Origin: Erysipelotrichaceae bacterium
Lineage (GTDB): Bacteria > Bacillota_I > Bacilli_A > Erysipelotrichales > Coprobacillaceae
Reading direction: 5' to 3'
Assembly: GCA_028698185.1 (NCBI GenBank)
Contig: JAQVDW010000003.1
Coordinates: 115,312-147,311, forward strand
Length of the DNA: 32,000 nucleotides
Shown piece by piece: positions 1 through 8,153 of the stretch. The first letter of the stretch is position 1, and each line of letters begins with the position of its first letter. The position numbers were made by a program, and so were the translations under genes. The notes below the pieces were generated by a model. That model ran no database searches. It was not told the DNA's origin and saw only the letters and a program-made list of their open reading frames with translations.

Positions 1-1004
1 TTCAGCCGGACATCATCGTATGCCGAAGCGAGGTTCCTTTCGATGATTCAATCAAAAACAAGATTTCATTGTTCTGTAATGTTCCAGCCAAGAATGTAAT
101 TGCAAATCTTGATGTTGAGGTACTGTACCAACTGCCGATGGACCTTCTGGCTCAAAAAATGGACGACATTGTTTTGGATCAATTGAAGATCACAGCGCCA
201 CAAGCTGATATGAGCGAATGGAGCTCTTTAATCGACCGCGTTAAGAACCTTAAAGATGAGCTTCATATCGGTTTGGTAGGAAAGTATACTCAATTGGCCG
301 ATGCCTATCTGTCTGTCAATGAGGCACTAAAGCATGCTGGATACTATGAATCAAGCAATGTAATCATTGATTGGGTTGACAGTGAAAAAATAACACGTGA
401 AAATGTGGCAGAAACACTGAGTAATGTCGACGGGATAATCGTTCCTGGAGGATTTGGTGACCGCGGAATCGAGGGTATGATTGCCGCAATCGAATATGCC
501 CGCGAAAACAAGGTTCCTTTCCTGGGGATCTGTCTGGGAATGCAGCTGTCATGCATCGAATATGCCCGTCACAAATGCGGACTTTTGGATGCGAACTCGA
601 TCGAATTCAACCAGAACACAGAGAATCCGATCATTTCCCTGATGGCAGACCAGAACCTGAACGATCTTGGGGGAACTCAACGTTTGGGGAATTACGACTG
701 TCATCTTGAAAAGGATTCCAATGCATACCGTCTGTATCAAAAACAGGATATCCAGGAAAGACATCGTCACCGATATGAATTCAACAATGACTACAGGGAA
801 GTACTGGCCAACAACGGTCTGAAGATTGTCGGTGTCAACCAACAAAGGGATCTTGTTGAGATTGTGGAAATTGAAGATCATCCGTATTTTGTGGCTTGCC
901 AGTTCCATCCGGAATTCTCGTCGCGTCCAAACCGCGCGCAGCCTTTGTTCCTGGGACTGATCTCGGCTGCTCATAAAATTAAATATAACAGCTCAAATTA
1001 TTAA
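1..1004 (+). CDS. pyrG: CTP synthase, C-terminal part (5' end lies upstream of the window)
   Basis: The frame is already open from base 3 (QPDIIVCRSEVPFDDSIKNKISLFCNV...), so the ORF-track start at 69 is not the true start. The translation carries glutamine amidotransferase motifs typical of PyrG (PFLGICLGMQ, HRHRYEFN, QFHPEF). The stop is at 1002-1004. Confidence 0.95.
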   Translation, partial: QPDIIVCRSEVPFDDSIKNKISLFCNVPAKNVIANLDVEVLYQLPMDLLAQKMDDIVLDQLKITAPQADMSEWSSLIDRVKNLKDELHIGLVGKYTQLADAYLSVNEALKHAGYYESSNVIIDWVDSEKITRENVAETLSNVDGIIVPGGFGDRGIEGMIAAIEYARENKVPFLGICLGMQLSCIEYARHKCGLLDANSIEFNQNTENPIISLMADQNLNDLGGTQRLGNYDCHLEKDSNAYRLYQKQDIQERHRHRYEFNNDYREVLANNGLKIVGVNQQRDLVEIVEIEDHPYFVACQFHPEFSSRPNRAQPLFLGLISAAHKIKYNSSNY

Positions 1005-1024
1005 AATTTCATATTCAAATTCAT

Positions 1025-1057
1025 AAAAGTATGGAATATTCTTGCCATACTTTTTTT
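1025..1057 (+). terminator. Rho-independent terminator after pyrG
   Basis: A 10-bp stem pairs AAAAGTATGG (1025-1034) with CCATACTTTT (1045-1054), with a 10-nt loop and a T-run extending to 1057. Confidence 0.8.
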
Positions 1058-1101
1058 AAATTCATATTTATGGTAGAATGAGTAGGGTAGGGGTGAGTGA
1101 A

Positions 1102-1584
1102 ATGTACCGTATAGGACAGTCAATTGATATCCACCAGTTAGTACCGGGACGTGATCTTGTTTTGGGGGGCGTCCATATTGAAAATGATTTGGGATTGCTG
1201 GGTCACAGCGATGCCGATGTGCTGTTGCACGCCATAATCGAAAGCATAATCGGTGCCTTGGGATTGGGCGATATCGGCAAGCACTTCAGCGACCAGGACC
1301 CGCAGTACAAAGGGATTTCTTCGTTGGTCCTGCTGGAGCACTGTTACAGGCTGATGGATGAAAACGGGTACGAGATAAGCAATCTTGACAGCATCATAAT
1401 AATCGAGAAGCCCAAAATGGCGCCTCATATAGATCGTATGCGCAGCAATGTCGCCAAATATTTGCACTGCGAACTGAATGCCGTCAATATCAAAGCAACC
1501 CGAGGCGAGAAGATGGGATTTGTCGGTCACGGTGAAGGCGCCGTTGCCCAAGCTGTAGTTTTGTTGAAGAGAAAGGATAAGTAA
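1102..1584 (+). CDS. ispF: 2-C-methyl-D-erythritol 2,4-cyclodiphosphate synthase
   Basis: [13 protein letters not shown]...[12 protein letters not shown]...GDIGKHF is the IspF metal and substrate-binding signature. I chose the ATG at 1102 because AGGGGTGAG lies 5-13 nt upstream. The ORF-track start at 1078 overlaps a TGgTAGAAT extended -10-like element at 1071-1079. Confidence 0.92.
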   Translation: MYRIGQSIDIHQLVPGRDLVLGGVHIENDLGLLGHSDADVLLHAIIESIIGALGLGDIGKHFSDQDPQYKGISSLVLLEHCYRLMDENGYEISNLDSIIIIEKPKMAPHIDRMRSNVAKYLHCELNAVNIKATRGEKMGFVGHGEGAVAQAVVLLKRKDK

Positions 1585-3017
1585 TGGAAAGAGTCAGAGT
1601 AAGATATGCCCCAAGTCCAACGGGACATTTACATATTGGAGGTGCGCGTACCGCACTGTTTAACTATTTGTTTGCGAAACATCATGGCGGAGATTTCATT
1701 TTCCGTCTTGAAGATACGGATGTTGCCAGAAACATCGAAGGTGGCGAAGCGAGCCAGTTGAAAAACCTGGAATGGTTGGGGATCATTCCCGATGAATCGC
1801 CTTTGAAACCGGTAGAAAAGTATGCGCCATATCGCCAGATGGAAAGATTGGATATCTATAAGAAGTATATCGATATCCTGCTTGAAAAGGGATATGCATA
1901 TAAATGTTTCTGCACGCCTGAAGAACTTGAAGAAGAACACGAGCGCCAGGTTGCCAGCGGGGTTGCGCCGATGTACAACCGCAAGTGTGCCAATCTGACT
2001 GCACAGCAGGTCAAAGCCAATGAGGATGCCGGTATGCCTTACACCATCAGGGTAAGAGTTCCGGAAAACAAGGTTTACGAATTCGAAGACATGATCCGCT
2101 CTAAAGTCAGCTTCGAATCAAAAGATATCGGGGACTGGGTAATTCAAAAAGCCAACGGAATCCCGACTTACAACTTTGCGGTGGTTATCGATGACCACAC
2201 GATGGAAATAACCCATGTTTTCAGAGGTGAAGAACATCTTTCCAACACCCCAAAACAGATAATGATTTTTGAAATGTTGGGGTGGGAAGCTCCTAAATAC
2301 GGTCATATGACATTGATTGTCAATGAAAACCGTAAAAAATTGTCTAAACGCGACGAAACAATCATGCAATTCGTTTCCCAATACAAGGAAGAAGGATATC
2401 TTCCGGATGCCATGTTCAACTTCATGGCGCTGCTGGGGTGGTCACCTGAAGGTGAACAAGAGATTTTCACCAAAGATGAATTGATCGCCGCTTTCGATGA
2501 AAATAGATTATCAAAATCACCTTCGATGTTCGACAAAGAAAAACTGATCTGGGTCAACAACCGCTACATAAAGGAAAGAAGTCTTGGGGAAGTTGTCGCT
2601 TTATGTCAACCGTTCCTGGAGGAAGCATATGATCTATCCGACAAATCACAGGAATGGATTGAAATGCTGGTAAGTGTATATCATGATCAATTGTCTTACG
2701 GCAAGGAAATTGTGAAACTTACATCTTTATTCTTCAATGATGATTTGCAGTTGGATGACGAAGCTCGCGAATTCATGCAAGATGAGTCAATCCCCAATAC
2801 ATTGGATGTATTTAGCAACCAGATTGCCGCGATTGAAGACTTCAACAGAGAAAATGTTCAAGCCGCAATCAAGGCCACTCAAAAAGAGGCAAAAGTTAAA
2901 GGCAAAATGCTGTTCATGCCTTTGCGTATTGCAACAACTGGAATTATGCATGGTCCGGATTTGGCAAGCTCGATCGTTCTGATCGGGAAAGAAAAGGTGC
3001 TGGACCGTTTGAAGTAA
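1584..3017 (+). CDS. gltX: glutamate--tRNA ligase
   Basis: The N terminus [24 protein letters not shown] carries the HIGH motif, and KLSKR (the KMSKS equivalent) is present. The start overlaps the ispF stop (TAATG). ispF-gltX adjacency is known from the Bacillus subtilis ispD-ispF-gltX operon. Confidence 0.96.
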   Translation: MERVRVRYAPSPTGHLHIGGARTALFNYLFAKHHGGDFIFRLEDTDVARNIEGGEASQLKNLEWLGIIPDESPLKPVEKYAPYRQMERLDIYKKYIDILLEKGYAYKCFCTPEELEEEHERQVASGVAPMYNRKCANLTAQQVKANEDAGMPYTIRVRVPENKVYEFEDMIRSKVSFESKDIGDWVIQKANGIPTYNFAVVIDDHTMEITHVFRGEEHLSNTPKQIMIFEMLGWEAPKYGHMTLIVNENRKKLSKRDETIMQFVSQYKEEGYLPDAMFNFMALLGWSPEGEQEIFTKDELIAAFDENRLSKSPSMFDKEKLIWVNNRYIKERSLGEVVALCQPFLEEAYDLSDKSQEWIEMLVSVYHDQLSYGKEIVKLTSLFFNDDLQLDDEAREFMQDESIPNTLDVFSNQIAAIEDFNRENVQAAIKATQKEAKVKGKMLFMPLRIATTGIMHGPDLASSIVLIGKEKVLDRLK

Positions 3018-3075
3018 AAAGGAAAGTATGATTGCTTTTCTTTTTTAGCAGGGTGATTTTGAAAGGAGCCGAGTG

Positions 3076-3891
3076 ATGAAAAACAGGATAATTGCTGCAG
3101 TTATTGCTTTTTTTGTGATTGTTTCGGCTACCTTGGTTGTCCTGGCATTCAGCCTTGATCCGATTAGCCTGAAAAAGGAGACCTTTGTCTTCCAATATGG
3201 AGAGGCCATTCCTCAGGAAGTCTACGAGTATGCGAATGGGTCGAGCGAGGTACTCGACCTTTCAACTTTGGATCTGACTCAGGTGAAGGCCGATATCGGG
3301 TCCTATCCGGCGAGCTTGACTTACTACAACAAGACATATGACTTTACCATCAAGATTGTGGATACGACTCATCCTGTGGCTGTCTTGAAGCAGGTCCAAG
3401 TCAATATCGAACCGCATGATACCCTGACTGCCAGTGACCTGGTCGAAGTCACCGACAATTCAAGTTTTGTGGCCTACTTCATCCTGGAAGACGGGGCCAC
3501 CAGTGAGACCCAGACCTTCAATGAAATCGGGTCTTACGTTGAAAACATTGTCGTTATCGACGCTTCCCAGAATGAATCGGCCAAGTTGCGGATCAAGATT
3601 GTCGTCCGTTACAATAATGATATTCCGACCTTGACAGGAGTCGAGGATTTGGAAATCTATCTTGGCAAGGATTTTGACCCTTATCTTGGGGTGAAGGCGA
3701 CTGACGGCAAGGGCAATGATATCACCGGCAATATCGTGATTTTGAAAAATGATGTGGATACCCAAAGCATAGGTGTCTACACTGTAATCTACAAGATAAC
3801 CAATGAACAAGGAAATACAATCCAGGTAAACCGTAAGGTCACTGTGATTGAAAACCCTGGGGTGTTGGATTCGCTGGATAATCGAACCTGA
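3076..3891 (+). CDS. membrane-anchored protein with about three tandem Ig-like (DUF5011-like) modules, function unknown
   Basis: AAAGGAG at 3062-3068 sits 7 nt before the ATG at 3076. There is an N-terminal TM helix (IIAAVIAFFVIVSATLVVLAF). Modules repeat, each ending IGSY/IGVY...I(K/V)IV. The last one (PTLTGVEDLEIYLGKDFDPYLGVKATDGKGNDITG...GVYTVIYKITNEQGN) looks like the bacterial Ig-like DUF5011 type. Confidence 0.75.
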   Translation: MKNRIIAAVIAFFVIVSATLVVLAFSLDPISLKKETFVFQYGEAIPQEVYEYANGSSEVLDLSTLDLTQVKADIGSYPASLTYYNKTYDFTIKIVDTTHPVAVLKQVQVNIEPHDTLTASDLVEVTDNSSFVAYFILEDGATSETQTFNEIGSYVENIVVIDASQNESAKLRIKIVVRYNNDIPTLTGVEDLEIYLGKDFDPYLGVKATDGKGNDITGNIVILKNDVDTQSIGVYTVIYKITNEQGNTIQVNRKVTVIENPGVLDSLDNRT

Positions 3892-3943
3892 CAAAAAAAA
3901 GACGGACTGATGAATAAATCTTCATCAATTCGTCTCTTTTTTT
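3892..3943. terminator. bidirectional terminator between convergent genes (Ig-like protein and asnB)
   Basis: A9 run (3892-3900), then a stem pairing GACGGACTGATGAA (3901-3914) with TTCATCAATTCGTC (3921-3934) with one wobble and one mismatch, a loop TAAATC, then a T-run 3936-3943. Confidence 0.8.
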
Positions 3944-5528
3944 ATAGTCCGGAATCTCCGTAGTTTTTAAGAACGCGGGCACTTGGATCGTCAACATCAC
4001 AGTTTTCCCATTCCTTGTTGGGCATCCAGAAATCTTTGATCCATAAGTCTTTGCCTGGATAATAAGATTCGAAGATATCACGGTACAGAAGGGATTCTTT
4101 TGTGAATGGTGTGTGGGTTGGATATTTCACACTTGCATTCTTCAAGTCCTCATCACTGTAGTGTTCTTGTGCGTATTCTTTAAGGTAATCCACCATCGAG
4201 TGTCCAACTGCATCGGAGAATGCCGCCTTTTCCCTGAAAAGAATCTCATCAGGAAGATAACCGGTACCTTCGAATGCGTGGCGCAGCAGATATTTACCTT
4301 TGTTGTAGGTGTTCATTTTCTTGGCAGGATCGATGCTCATGGCATATTCAACAAAGAACTTGTCTCCAAAAGGAACGCGGCCTTCCAGGGAGTTTGCCGA
4401 AATGCAGCGGTCGGCACGAAGCACGTCATACATGTAAAGTTCGCGAATTCTTTTCGCGGACTCTTCCTGGAACGCTTGAGGAGTCGGAGCGAAATCGGTA
4501 TATTTGTACCCGAAGATTTCGTCGCTTACCTCTCCTGTCAGGATTACCTTGATGTCAGTGTTTTGCCGGATGTAACGGCAAAGAATGAACATCGCCATGC
4601 TGGCGCGGATGGTTGTAATATCGTAAGTTTCCAGGTTGTAGATTACTTCCCGCAAGTTGTCCAGCACATCATCTTTGGTCATGATGACTTCGGTATGGTC
4701 TGTTTTCAAAAAGTCGGCAACCTGTTTGGCGTATTTCAAGTCAATCGGATCTGTTTCCATCCCGATTGCGAATGTTCTGATTGGCTTGTCGGCAAGTCTT
4801 TGACCGATTGCACAAACCAAAGAAGAGTCCAATCCACCAGAAAGAAGATAACCGATAGGCGCATCGGATTGCAATCTCTTTTCAACGCTGACTTCCAATT
4901 TCTCTCTAAGTTTGTTTGCGATAGTCGGAATGTCATCTTGAACAAAGTAATCAACAGTGCTCAGGTCATGATATTGAGTGAACTTGCCGTCTTCATAATA
5001 GTGGCCTGGAGGGAATGGATATATTTCATCGCAATATTCCATTAATGCCTTTGCTTCTGAAGCGAAACAAATTTCTTTAGTGACTTTCTCGTAACCATAA
5101 AACATCGCCCGAATTCCCATTGGATCGCGGGCTGCCATCAATTTATTGTTGTTTTCATCTTTGATAACCAAAGCGAACTCGCCATCCAGCGATTTGACTA
5201 GAATTTCGATTCCGTATTTCAGATATCCGGGAATTATGACCTCGCAGTCACTTCCGGAATTAAAGTGATAACTGCTCTCAAGATTATTTTTTAGTTCAAG
5301 GTAATTATAGATCTCACCATTACATACCATAGTACAATTATTGTATTCGAATGGTTGATTCCCATGATCGCTTAAGTCCATGATAGATAGACGATTGAAA
5401 CCATAGGCGATACCTTTTTTTATAACTAATTCTTGATCATCAGGCCCGCGATAGCTTGCAGCATCTAAGGCTTTTTGGAGTCTTTGTTTGTTCATGTCTT
5501 CACTTTGAACAACTAGTATTCCACACAT
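3942..5528 (-). CDS. asnB: asparagine synthase (glutamine-hydrolysing)
   Basis: MCGILVV is a class-II amidotransferase N terminus, which needs Cys2, so the start is the ATG at 5528 rather than 5537. The SGGLDSS PP-loop motif is present, and length and overall similarity fit AsnB. Confidence 0.95.
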   Translation of the reverse strand: MCGILVVQSEDMNKQRLQKALDAASYRGPDDQELVIKKGIAYGFNRLSIMDLSDHGNQPFEYNNCTMVCNGEIYNYLELKNNLESSYHFNSGSDCEVIIPGYLKYGIEILVKSLDGEFALVIKDENNNKLMAARDPMGIRAMFYGYEKVTKEICFASEAKALMEYCDEIYPFPPGHYYEDGKFTQYHDLSTVDYFVQDDIPTIANKLREKLEVSVEKRLQSDAPIGYLLSGGLDSSLVCAIGQRLADKPIRTFAIGMETDPIDLKYAKQVADFLKTDHTEVIMTKDDVLDNLREVIYNLETYDITTIRASMAMFILCRYIRQNTDIKVILTGEVSDEIFGYKYTDFAPTPQAFQEESAKRIRELYMYDVLRADRCISANSLEGRVPFGDKFFVEYAMSIDPAKKMNTYNKGKYLLRHAFEGTGYLPDEILFREKAAFSDAVGHSMVDYLKEYAQEHYSDEDLKNASVKYPTHTPFTKESLLYRDIFESYYPGKDLWIKDFWMPNKEWENCDVDDPSARVLKNYGDSGL

Positions 5529-5559
5529 ATTTATCACCCTTTCGTTTTATATTGTATAC

Positions 5560-5588
5560 AGTATACCGAATTGAAAATCTAAATGCAA
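5560..5588 (-). promoter_or_regulatory. candidate sigma-A promoter for asnB
   Basis: On the minus strand: TTGCAT (5588-5583), a 17-nt spacer, then TATACT (5565-5560), about 30 nt upstream of the asnB start. Confidence 0.55.
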
Positions 5589-5741
5589 TTGTTTTCACGG
5601 AATATTGAGAAAAATTTGGCCAATTCATAAAAAGCACGCATATCATCATGGTAGTGGCACAATATTTACCAGTGAGACAAAACCGGAACCATATTGATAC
5701 CAAAATACCGTAAAAACATGCTACGATATTAGTGTCTTTTA

Positions 5742-5770
5742 TTGACAACGATTTCTACTTTAGGTACTAT
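5742..5770 (+). promoter_or_regulatory. candidate sigma-A promoter for the HAD phosphatase gene
   Basis: TTGACA (5742-5747), a 17-nt spacer, then TACTAT (5765-5770), 25 nt upstream of the ATG at 5796. Confidence 0.6.
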
Positions 5771-5795
5771 TGAAACAAAGAAAAGGAGCGCTATA

Positions 5796-6611
5796 ATGAA
5801 ATATAAATTGATTGCTTTGGATTTGGATGGTACCCTTACAGACTCAAATAAGTTAGTTTTACCCAAGACGGCAGCCATACTCAAAAGGCTTGCCCAAAAA
5901 GGAGTAATTATCACACTTGCATCAGGTCGACCTACTCCAGGGATGCATTATGTAGCGGACACTGTCGAACTTGAAAAAGGCGGCTATGTTCTTTCCTTTA
6001 ACGGGGCCAAAATTATCAATTGGCGGACTAAAGAAGTAGTATATCAAAAGACGTATGACAAAAGCATCGGTCATCAGGTTATCGATCGGGCTAGAGAGTA
6101 CAATCTATGTTCAATCAGCTACAGTGATGAAGCTATATTGACTCAGACCCCTGAAGATGAATACACGATTGAAGAGGGACGGATCAACAACATGGAACTC
6201 TTGAAAGTATCCGATATCAAAACGGTCCTTGATGACAACGTCGACAAGCTGTTGCTAACTGGCGATGGTGATTATCTGGCGAAGATAGTCGATGAGTTCA
6301 AACAGCCGTTTGAAGGTCAGCTGGCGATCTATCGTTCGCAGCCATTCTTCATTGAAGTCATGGCGGAGGGCATCGACAAAGCCCAATCGCTTGACAGCCT
6401 GATCAAGGAATTGAACATCAAACAGGAAGAAGTCATCGCTTTTGGCGATGGATATAATGACCTTTCGATGATCGAATTTGCGGGATTAGGAGTGGCAATG
6501 GAAAATGCCTGTGATGAAGTTAAACAAAAGGCGGACACGATTACCCTGAGCAATGACGAGGACGGAATCGCCCATATTCTCGAGCATCTCGAATTGAACG
6601 GAGCATTCTAA
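5796..6611 (+). CDS. Cof-type HAD-IIB family hydrolase (sugar-phosphate phosphatase-like)
   Basis: MKYKLIALDLDGTL carries the DxDGT motif I, ...ASGR... is motif II, and GDGYNDLSM is motif IV. AAAGGAG at 5782-5788 precedes the ATG at 5796. The ORF-track start at 5742 lies inside the promoter. Confidence 0.9.
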   Translation: MKYKLIALDLDGTLTDSNKLVLPKTAAILKRLAQKGVIITLASGRPTPGMHYVADTVELEKGGYVLSFNGAKIINWRTKEVVYQKTYDKSIGHQVIDRAREYNLCSISYSDEAILTQTPEDEYTIEEGRINNMELLKVSDIKTVLDDNVDKLLLTGDGDYLAKIVDEFKQPFEGQLAIYRSQPFFIEVMAEGIDKAQSLDSLIKELNIKQEEVIAFGDGYNDLSMIEFAGLGVAMENACDEVKQKADTITLSNDEDGIAHILEHLELNGAF

Positions 6612-6619
6612 GAAAAATC

Positions 6620-6642
6620 AGGGAATAAATTTCCCTTTTTTT
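6620..6642 (+). terminator. probable terminator after the HAD gene
   Basis: AGGGAA (6620-6625) pairs with TTCCCT (6631-6636) around loop TAAAT, followed by a T-run to 6642. The stem is short. Confidence 0.5.
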
Positions 6643-6688
6643 CTTAGAATTTTAGTGATATACTACTATTACTAGGAGGAATTTAGCA

Positions 6689-7891
6689 ATGTTACAATTA
6701 GAGGATTTCAAAGAAGCGAAAAGAAGGGTGGATGAAGTCATCCTGCAGACACCGCTGATATACTCACAGTCGTTTAGTGACGAATGTGGGAATCAGGTGT
6801 ATATCAAACCCGAAAATCTTCAAAAGACTGGAGCATTTAAAATCAGAGGGGCGTACAACAAAATAAGCAAACTTCCTGATGCGGCTAAAAGAAAAGGCTT
6901 AATCGCTTCTTCAGCCGGTAACCATGCTCAAGGTGTAGCATATGCGGCAAAGCAACAGGGTGTTGCAGCAACTATCGTGATGCCGGCAGGAACTCCTTTA
7001 ATCAAGGTCAACGCGACAAAAGCGCTGGGGGCCAAGGTGATTCTCTATGGTGAAGTATACGATGAGGCTTATCAGAAAGCTTGCGAACTCCAAAAGGAAC
7101 AAGACCTGACATTCATCCATCCTTTTGATGATGAAGATGTGATCGAAGGTCAAGGAACAATAGCTTTGGAAATACTTGAAGAGCTTCCAGATGCCGATGC
7201 GATCCTGGTTCCTATCGGGGGTGGCGGTCTTATTTCCGGAATCGCAGCCTGCGCCAAAGCGATCAATCCGAATATTCAAGTAATCGGAGTCGAACCCGAA
7301 GGTGCGGCAAGCGCCGAAGCGGCGGTCAAAGAGGATAAGATCTGCCTGTTGCAAGAGGTGAATACAATCGCTGATGGTACGGCGGTCAAACAGATCGGAG
7401 TAAAACCTTTCGATTATATCCGGAGATATGTCGATGATATCATCCTGGTCAATGACTACGAGCTGATGGAAGCGTTCTTGCTGCTTGTTGAAAAACACAA
7501 GCTGGTGGCTGAGGGTTCAGGAATTTTGGCCCTGGCGGCGACCAAGAAGCTAGGCTTCAAAGACAAAAAAGTGGTGGCTTTAGTTTCGGGGGGGAACATT
7601 GATGTTTTAACCATTTCATCAATGATCAATAAAGGACTTATCTCCCGCGGCAGAATTTTCAGTTTTTCGATCCAGTTACCTGACAAACCAGGCCAACTGG
7701 AATTGGTTTCACATGTGCTTAACGAACTTAACGCGAATGTAATTGGTGTCGAACATAACCAGTTCAAAAATTTCGCACGCTTTTCTGAGGTTGAATTGCG
7801 CGTTACTTGCGAAACTTCAGGTGAGGAACATATTGAACAGATCATCAAAAGATTCAATGACTTGGGTTATGAAATCGTCAAAGTGAATTAA
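6689..7891 (+). CDS. ilvA: threonine ammonia-lyase (threonine dehydratase), short form with one C-terminal ACT-like domain
   Basis: FKIRGA holds the PLP lysine, and SSAGNHAQGVA and GGGGLISG are the PLP-binding loops. The roughly 80-aa C-terminal regulatory domain is as in B. subtilis IlvA. Confidence 0.92.
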   Translation: MLQLEDFKEAKRRVDEVILQTPLIYSQSFSDECGNQVYIKPENLQKTGAFKIRGAYNKISKLPDAAKRKGLIASSAGNHAQGVAYAAKQQGVAATIVMPAGTPLIKVNATKALGAKVILYGEVYDEAYQKACELQKEQDLTFIHPFDDEDVIEGQGTIALEILEELPDADAILVPIGGGGLISGIAACAKAINPNIQVIGVEPEGAASAEAAVKEDKICLLQEVNTIADGTAVKQIGVKPFDYIRRYVDDIILVNDYELMEAFLLLVEKHKLVAEGSGILALAATKKLGFKDKKVVALVSGGNIDVLTISSMINKGLISRGRIFSFSIQLPDKPGQLELVSHVLNELNANVIGVEHNQFKNFARFSEVELRVTCETSGEEHIEQIIKRFNDLGYEIVKVN

Positions 7892-7913
7892 TATTTCCAA
7901 ATTCAATATCTTA

Positions 7914-7935
7914 GATGCCATTGGCATCTTTTTTT
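7914..7935 (+). terminator. Rho-independent terminator after ilvA
   Basis: GATGCC (7914-7919) pairs with GGCATC (7923-7928) around loop ATT, followed by T7 (7929-7935). Confidence 0.75.
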
Positions 7936-8062
7936 GCGCCCAAATTGGGGCACATCGCTTTTCCCAGCTGGAAAGAAAAGCCAGTGCGATTGCCTCGAAA
8001 TGGTTAAAAAAGAAAAACACCGAGATTTCGCAACTGTCAAATTTGACGGAAAGGAGAAAACT

Positions 8063-8128
8063 ATGTTTTTGCTTGCACTGCTTTCATTTTTAGTGGCAAC
8101 AATCCCGATGATTATCAAATTGTATTGA
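8063..8128 (+). CDS. candidate 21-aa hydrophobic micropeptide (MFLLALLSFLVATIPMIIKLY)
   Basis: AAAGGAG (8050-8056) sits 6 nt before the ATG at 8063. The product is a single predicted TM-like helix. The ORF ends 25 nt before the adhesin gene start. The only evidence is the RBS and hydrophobicity. Confidence 0.3.
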   Translation: MFLLALLSFLVATIPMIIKLY

Positions 8129-8153
8129 TCAGTTTCAACAAGAGGATAGGACT

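Noticed and set aside
69-1004. The ORF-track start of pyrG at 69.
   Set aside because: The same frame is open back to base 3 and continues the CTP synthase sequence, so the gene is truncated by the window edge rather than starting at 69.
1058-1584. A T-box leader upstream of gltX.
   Set aside because: The gltX start overlaps the ispF stop, so there is no room for a leader, and the short region before ispF lacks T-box sequence hallmarks.
4113-5045. A 310-aa ORF on the plus strand, opposite asnB.
   Set aside because: It lies entirely antisense to a confidently recognised asnB. It has no RBS and its composition (rich in F, V, C, R) is typical of antisense translation of a real gene.
5538-5795. 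A T-box or riboswitch in the 258-bp asnB/HAD divergent intergenic region.
   Set aside because: The proposed promoters leave leaders of only about 25-30 nt on each side. There is no terminator or antiterminator pair and no conserved T-box sequence on either strand.
7934-8128. The 64-aa ORF spanning the ilvA terminator tail to 8128.
   Set aside because: Its start lies in the terminator T-run with no RBS. Only the last 21 codons (8063-8128) have a Shine-Dalgarno sequence, and those are reported separately at low confidence.
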